Positions 57,538-64,000 of a stretch of 64,000 nt of DNA are shown in pieces. The notes under the pieces are model-generated. The model did no database searches. It saw nothing but the letters and a program-made list of their open reading frames with translations, and was not told the origin of the DNA. The position numbers were made by a program, and so were the translations under genes. Source of the DNA: Rebecca billardiae RCC1528 (lineage: Eukaryota > Protista > Haptophyta); NCBI GenBank assembly GCA_965240325.2, contig OZ251237.1, positions 1,364,001-1,428,000 on the forward strand, read 5' to 3'. The first letter of the stretch is position 1. Each line of letters starts with the position of its first letter.

Positions 57538-58695
57538 GGCTCTCCAGTGACGTTGCGTGCGCAGCACGCCGTCGCGACCCAATCGACGCAACGAGCGAGG
57601 CCAGTGCACTCACCCGGTCAGAGTCGAGCCCTCCTTCTTCGAGGGCACGACGAACGACTTCTTCTCCACCGGCGAGAAGAGCGCCTGAGATGCCGAGATC
57701 ATCGACGTGTAGAGCATGGCCTCGGAGATGGCACCACCCCGATCCTTGGTCCAGCTCGACGATGCACCTCGCGCCCCCGAAGTCTCCGGGAGCAGCGTGA
57801 GTCCAGACGAAGCCAGAAGACACGTGAGCGTCATTGGCACAGAATCTGATGAGGTTTCTTATTGGCTACTGACGTACTGATACCGAAACGTTCCTACAGA
57901 GGCCACGTCGCCATTGCATTTGGAAGTTCAAAGTCCGGGACCGGCTTGAAGCCAAACAGGCTGAAACCACTTTCAACTATCAGCAACTTGGTGGTTTCGC
58001 TTGATGATTTTTGACTTTATTTCTAGCGCATGCATTATTTTTGCGTTTGCATTTTTTGATGATGATGCGTTTCGTCTGCTGCGGCGCGGCAGACGTCGCG
58101 TGACACGTCGGCAGACGGTCTCGGTGGGATTCATACATGCGGACGCCGACTGGCAGAGATGTCAGGATGATGGACATGGTCATGAACCGGTGTGGGCGTG
58201 CCGATGGCGATCAGTCCACGGATGCGGATGAGTGGTGTTGCCGCCAGCACGGTCCCCTCTGGTACTCACTGGTCGGACGTGTTGCCACGTGACAGTGACA
58301 CCGGTGACACGTGTCTGTGTCACGGACACGTGACACGCGTGGTGCCTGACACGCCGCACACCTCGACCTGCCAAGGTCCGCACCGCTGTCCTCGGTAAAA
58401 TGCGAACGCTCTCGAGACTCCATGGCCCAGCAGCAGCCACGTTTCCCGTGCCCGCGTGGACGTGGACGGCGTTGTCGCGCTCAGTCACGCAGCGCTGCCG
58501 CTGCTCGCGCTGCCTAAGCGCGCTCGAGCGAAGGTGACCCGGGCCCGAGACAAACGGTCAGGCGTTGCAGATCGCACGCGCGTCTGCAATGCGTTGCATG
58601 GCGCGCCCGGCGCGCCTGGGTGGTGGACGCTGTACGGCTCCAGGCCGCGGTATCGCGCGGCCCACCCCCAGGGGTGCGGGTGCGGGAGTCCGGCC

Positions 58696-60108
58696 TCAGG
58701 GCCCGGTGGGAGGCGGGATGATCGTCACCTTGACCTCATCGTTGGCCGGGGTGGCCGGTGTCGGGGTGGGCGGCGGCGGCAGCGGCGAGGACCTCGGCGC
58801 GACCTTCACCCCGGCCATCGGCGAGCTAGCCTGTTGCGGCGCCGGCGGTGGTGGCGTGGGCTCGAGGACCGCACTCGCGCCCACCCCGCCATCACCGTCG
58901 TTGGCTTGCGGCGGATCTGCGGGCGCCGGCAGGCTGCCGCCGCTGTCGCCGTCCTCCGGCGCTGGCGGTGGCACCGGCATGTACTCACCCTTTGCCGCGG
59001 CGTTGCGCTCGGCGTCTGCGAGGGCCGTGTCGATGGCCGCCAGCTCGGCCTGCAGCAGGTAGCGCCGCTGCTCATCGGGGGAGCAGTCCGCCGGCGGCGG
59101 CAGCGGAGGCTCCACGCAGCGGTCACCGCGCTTGGTGCAGACCTGCACGCCGCATCCGATCGGCAGCATCGTCGTCGTCACGCGCGTGTCGTTGGCGACG
59201 AGCGTGATGAGGTCGTCGATGGCCTCCTTGTCCTCTTCCGTGGGGTACAGCATCATGCCGAACATCACCAGCATGCCGCGCGGCCGCAGCAGCCGCAGGC
59301 ACGCCTCATAGTAGTCCTTCTGCTGCTGCTTGTCCGCGTCGATCGAGATGAAGTCAAACTGCCGCCCGTCGCGCTCGAGCTCGTGCAGCTGCTCGCGCGC
59401 GTCGCCCACGCGCACGTCGAGGGCCGGCGGCAGCGTGCCGAGGAAGCGCGCGGCGATCTCGGCGTACTCGCGCTTCGCCTCGATCAGCGTCATCCGCCCC
59501 GACGCCGGCAGCGCGTGCGCGACTGCGGCAGCCGAGTATCCAGTGAACGAGCCGACGTCCAGCGCCTCCCGCGCGCGCATCACGCGCGCGAGGAGCTGCA
59601 GGAGCGTGGCCTGCTCGGGGGCGCAGATGTACATGGCGTCGTCGTACGGCACGTTTCGGAACGTGTAGTTGTAGATGTCGTCGAGCAGCCGGCTGTTCGC
59701 GGACGACGAGCGGAGGATCACGTCACGGAGCTCGTTGTCAGGCGCGAGCGGCGGCGGGCCAGTTGCGTTGATCTGGTCGACGTAGTTGCGCAGCTCCCAC
59801 GTGAACGCGGTCATGTTGGCGTCCTTGAGCTCGACGAGCCGCTGCTTCTCGGCCTCCTCCTCCACCTTCGTCTTCTCCATGAACTTGGCCTCCTCGTCGA
59901 GGTCCGCGTCGACCGTGACCGCCGCCTCGGCCGCCGGCTGCGTGGCCGTGCACACGACGCGGACGGCATCGCGCCTCCGCGGCACGCGGAGCAGCCGGCT
60001 CGAGCCCGCACGCGCACGGCCGACCACGCGCCCGCCAAGCCCTGGCGTCGCCCACACCGCGAGCACCGCGGCTGCCGCGACCAGCGCGGCCCGCGCAGGT
60101 CGCCGCAT
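58696..60108 (-). CDS. Caffeoyl-CoA-type O-methyltransferase with bipartite plastid-like leader and Pro-rich tail
   Basis: PEQATLLQLL, ALDVGSFTGYSA, VRVGDA, FDFISIDADK, LRPRGMLV; hydrophobic signal plus Arg-rich transit region. Confidence 0.85.
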   Translation of the reverse strand: MRRPARAALVAAAAVLAVWATPGLGGRVVGRARAGSSRLLRVPRRRDAVRVVCTATQPAAEAAVTVDADLDEEAKFMEKTKVEEEAEKQRLVELKDANMTAFTWELRNYVDQINATGPPPLAPDNELRDVILRSSSANSRLLDDIYNYTFRNVPYDDAMYICAPEQATLLQLLARVMRAREALDVGSFTGYSAAAVAHALPASGRMTLIEAKREYAEIAARFLGTLPPALDVRVGDAREQLHELERDGRQFDFISIDADKQQQKDYYEACLRLLRPRGMLVMFGMMLYPTEEDKEAIDDLITLVANDTRVTTTMLPIGCGVQVCTKRGDRCVEPPLPPPADCSPDEQRRYLLQAELAAIDTALADAERNAAAKGEYMPVPPPAPEDGDSGGSLPAPADPPQANDGDGGVGASAVLEPTPPPPAPQQASSPMAGVKVAPRSSPLPPPPTPTPATPANDEVKVTIIPPPTGP

Positions 60109-60329
60109 GTGCTGCTGCGTGGACTGCCTCCGGCGACGTCTGGCTCAGCTGCGACGTTCGCCGCGCTGATGACGTCCGGACTTTCAACTTCCGGCATTCA
60201 TCGTGCGAGATTTTCCGCTCCGGTCCGAGGGCTCCATCCAGCTCGGCACACGTGGCCGGGGCCGGGACGCCCCCATCGCAGCAATTCGTTCGTGCTGATT
60301 TGCCGTGGTGCTGGGGTGGTGCGCACGCC

Positions 60330-62188
60330 ATGTCGTCCGGTAAGCTCAGGTTCCTCACGCTGGTGAAGCCCGTGCTGTGCGTGCTTCCGGAGGTCTCGCA
60401 GCCGGAGCGCAAGATCCCGTTCAAGTGCGCGCCCGTCCGCACCGGGCTGGCGCGCAGCCGGCCGTGCGGCAGTCGGCCGCTGACAGCGCGGGCACCGTGC
60501 GCACGCGCTGCGCACACTGCGCAGGGAGAAGATCCTGTGGACGTCGATCACGCTTTTCATCTTCCTGGTGTGCTGCCAGATCCCTCTCTATGGCATCAAG
60601 ACGAACAAGAGCTCCGACCCCTTCTACTGGATGCGCGTCATCCTCGCGTCGAACCGCGGCACGCTCATGGAGCTCGGCATCTCGCCGATCGTGACGTCGT
60701 CGCTGGTGATGCAGCTGCTCGCGGGCTCGAAGATCATCGACGTGGATCAGAGCATCAAGGAGGACCGCGCGCTCTTCTCCGGCGCGCAGAAGCTCTTCGG
60801 CATGCTCATCACGATCGGCGAGGCCGTCGCGTACGTCATCTCGGGCATGTACGGCGACGTGCGCGAGCTGGGCGCGGGCAACGCGATCCTGATCATCATC
60901 CAGCTGTTCGTCGCCGGCGTGATCGTGATCATCCTGGACGAGCTGCTGCAGAAGGGCTACGGCCTGGGCTCGGGCATCTCGCTCTTCATCGCCACCAACA
61001 TCTGCGAGACGATTGTGTGGAAGTCGCTCTCGCCGACGACCATCAACACCGGCCGCGGCACCGAGTTCGAGGGCGCGGTGATCGCGCTGTTCCACCTGCT
61101 GATCACGCGCAACGACAAGATCCGCGCGCTCAAGGAGGCCTTCTACCGCCAGAACCTGCCCAACCTCACCAACCTGCTCGCCACCGTCCTCGTCTTCCTC
61201 TTTGTGATCTACTTCCAGGGCTTCCGCGTCGACCTGCCCGTCAAGTACCGCTCGCAGCGCGGCATGCAGGGCACGTACCCGATCAAGCTCTTCTACACGT
61301 CGAACATGCCGATCATCCTGCAGACGGCGCTTGTGTCGAACCTCTACTTCCTCTCGCAGCTGCTCTTCAAGCGCTACCCCGGCAACTTCATCGTGCGGCT
61401 GATTGGCGTGTGGCAGGATGGCGAGGGCGGCCCGCAGACCTCGAGCCCCGTCGCGGGGCTCGCCTACTACATCTCGCCGCCGAACAACCTCACCGAGGTG
61501 ACGGACGACCCGCTGCACGCCATCATCTACTTCACATTCATCCTCGTCTCATGCGCTCTCTTCTCCAAGACGTGGATCGAGGTGAGCCCCCGCGCCCCCT
61601 CCTCCCCGGCCCAGCGCGGCGCGGCGCGCGCGCGCGGGCGCTCGGCTGATGCGGATGTGGTGGCCGGTGCCTGCGCGCCGCGGCCGCGCAGGTTTCGGGC
61701 TCGTCCGCCAAGGACGTGGCGAAGCAGCTGCGCGACCAGAACATGGTCATGAAGGTGCGCGCGCGAGCGTGACACCGCCGCTCGCCTCGCCGATCGCTCA
61801 CGGGGCGATGAGTGCCAACCACAAACCATAACTCTTGACACACGCATGAGAACAGCTGTATCGTTACGAGCCCTGCTCGGCCAGTGCCAGCGGGCCCGGG
61901 GGCTCGGCGCGCGCGTGACTGTGCGCTGACGGCTCCCACCCCCGGCCCTCCGTTTGGCGCGCGCAGGGCCACCGCGACTCCTCCCTTGCGCACGAGCTCA
62001 ACCGCTACATCCCAACCGCGGCAGCATTCGGCGGCATGTGCATTGGCGCGCTGACAGTCGTCGCCGACTTCATGGGAGCGATTGGCTCGGGCACGGGCAT
62101 CTTGCTGGCGGTGACGACCATCTACCAGTACTTTGAGACTTTCGTGAAGGAGGGTGGCACGGACAGCGCGATGTCCGTCTTCTTCTAA
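60330..62188 (+). CDS. SEC61A: Sec61 alpha subunit; introns 60425-60524, 61582-61691, 61755-61966
   Basis: [14 protein letters not shown]|[55 protein letters not shown]|[30 protein letters not shown]; all introns GT-AG and in frame. Confidence 0.97.
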
Positions 62189-62539
62189 GCACGGACCCGT
62201 GCCACCGACGCGCAGCAAGATGCGCGACTTTCCGCCGCGTGCACAACTGGATAAAGGACACTAGTGGGCAGTGCTGCCGAAGGGCAGACCGCGTGTCCGA
62301 CTCGGCTAGTCGCGGCGTCTCACCGTCTGCGATAGCGGATATGGTCGGTGATTGTCCGAGCTGTGACAGCGGCTGGTCACGTGGCGCTGGCATCGTCGGC
62401 TGATGATGGCGGCCGACTACTGTCAGCCAGCCCTCGTCGTAGTCGTGTCATACTTTTCTGCACTGTAAATAATAAATATATATATATACTATTAATTAAT
62501 ATTGGCTTCGGACCGCTACAAGTATATTTATAATTATAT

Positions 62540-62672
62540 ATATTAACGCGACGTGGTATGCAACGGGCAGGCGTCAGAGTCAGCAAGCTGTAGCGGCAGA
62601 TCGAGCAGCAGAGACAAACACCAGGATGGCAGCGCTCCTCGCCGTCGTCCCCCCCCCCTCGTAGTCGCCCAT
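62540..62672 (+). repeat. Family A copy (most compact)
   Basis: Matches 25341-25510 and 53897-54168. Confidence 0.85.
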
Positions 62673-64000
62673 CGACAGGTTGCACGGAAAAATGACCGCC
62701 CGCGACTGACAGATGTTACATTCCCAGTGGACGCGACCTGTCCACCCGTCTTTCGGTACATGGCGCCGTCGCCGTGCGCCCGGAAGCGGCGCGCGCTCTC
62801 GCGCGCTGCACGATGCCCGCTGTTGCGGGTGCAGCGCGCCACTCCGCGCCTCGATCGGCCTCTTCCTGCTTGAGTAGCATGTACCGAAAGTCAACCACCC
62901 TTGAGCTCCAATCGCGACATCGCGCAGCCGCGCGGCACGTTCGCGCGGCATCTGAGTCACAGAGGGCAGCAGAGCAGGCCGTCTCAGCCTGGAAGAGTCC
63001 CAGGCCCGGTGTGAAGAGGCGTAGCAATGCAAGGTGGATACGTGCCGTGCACGTCGCAGTCTGGCCGCACACGACGTTCGCAGCCTACGACTCGCGCGTG
63101 CGTGCTTGCGCTCGGCCACGTCCATTCATCAGCCGTGCGTGTATTGGATGGAGCGCGCGCGCGACTGGTCTTGCACATCACGTTGCGCAGCAACAGTCGC
63201 GGGAAGAGACACGCGACACTCATAGTATGCGACAACCTTGCAATGTTCATCCAGCGCGTGTTGGTGAGGGTCGAAAAGCTGGCGGCGGCTACCTCTCAAC
63301 CGCTCGGTTGCACTTGATGGTGCGCATGCGCGCCGGCCGGAGCGCTGAAGTGTCAGAGTCGTGGCATGCTCGAGGCTCTTGGATGAGGAGACGGCCGCTA
63401 CGCAGTCTATCTATGTCGTCAGCATGAAGAACGGCATCCACGCACGACGCCTCGCGAACGCACACCTGCTTCCGCGCTGTGACACGCATCGACAAGAACC
63501 GCTCAGCAGGCTGACGAGGCACCACGCCTCACTCACGCCCAAGAACAGCAGGGCGAGTGCTAAGAAGCGGGCGAAGGAAGCTGTCGCTCGCTGCGGCAAG
63601 GACGCTCTCACTGTATAAATGCCGTTGAGCCCTACATAGCCTTCTTTGTCTCGCGTGAGCTCAGCATCAAGGGTGAGGCGTGAGGTGTTGCGCAGACGGT
63701 CGCACAGGCTCACGTAGACAGCTCGATGGTGATGATCGAGAGCTTCTATCAAGTGTTCAGATGCAGAGCGCGTGCGTACACCGAGCAGGAGCTGACGACC
63801 TACATGGTATCTATGCCACGCGTGGATCTCCCCGCCGGCCCACAAGTCGCTGACGACTTATTGTCGAACTCGACGAATGCTCGCGCGCGGCATTGCGGGC
63901 GAAGGCTGCACTCGGGCGACGAGCTCGGTCCGATCATGATGGTTTGCCATACTGCGCGTGGTGACGGGCGTTGGGCTCGAGACGGATGGCGCGGGCGGTG

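Noticed and set aside
62680-64000. Coding region or retroelement at the window end
   Set aside because: Only short ORFs without recognisable motifs; cannot be supported from this window.

Overview
Very GC-rich eukaryotic nuclear DNA. Genes are compact and often head-to-head, introns are short and GC-rich and often start GTGCGCGC, and the intergenic islands are short and AT-rich. Several proteins carry a signal peptide plus transit-like leader, which points to an alga with a complex plastid; a Pavlovales-type haptophyte is my guess, not something the sequence proves. The main feature is an approximately 11.4 kb cluster of six apparently intronless genes (17597-28974) for UV-sunscreen biosynthesis. 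It combines the gadusol pair known from egg-laying vertebrates (an EEVS-type sedoheptulose-7-phosphate cyclase and a fused methyltransferase-oxidoreductase, MT-Ox) with the mycosporine-like amino acid ligases MysC (ATP-grasp) and MysD (D-Ala-D-Ala ligase-like). It also holds two candidate tailoring or export genes: an MFS transporter fused to a TauD-type Fe(II)/2-oxoglutarate dioxygenase, and a DFR/CCR-like reductase. This suggests a natural hybrid gadusol/MAA pathway. The rest of the window holds ordinary genes (DUR3, CLC, a CMGC kinase, GT90, ANKZF1/Vms1, a LETM1-like protein, ATP12, the ADP/ATP carrier, an O-methyltransferase, Sec61alpha), two virus-associated domain genes (EsV-1-7 repeats; tandem BTB plus a nucleotidyltransferase-like domain), a NACHT-WD pseudogene fragment, a TTAA-flanked 5 kb element with two giant hairpins, a TA-flanked MITE and several short dispersed repeat families. 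All family assignments come from motif recognition by eye, without database searches.
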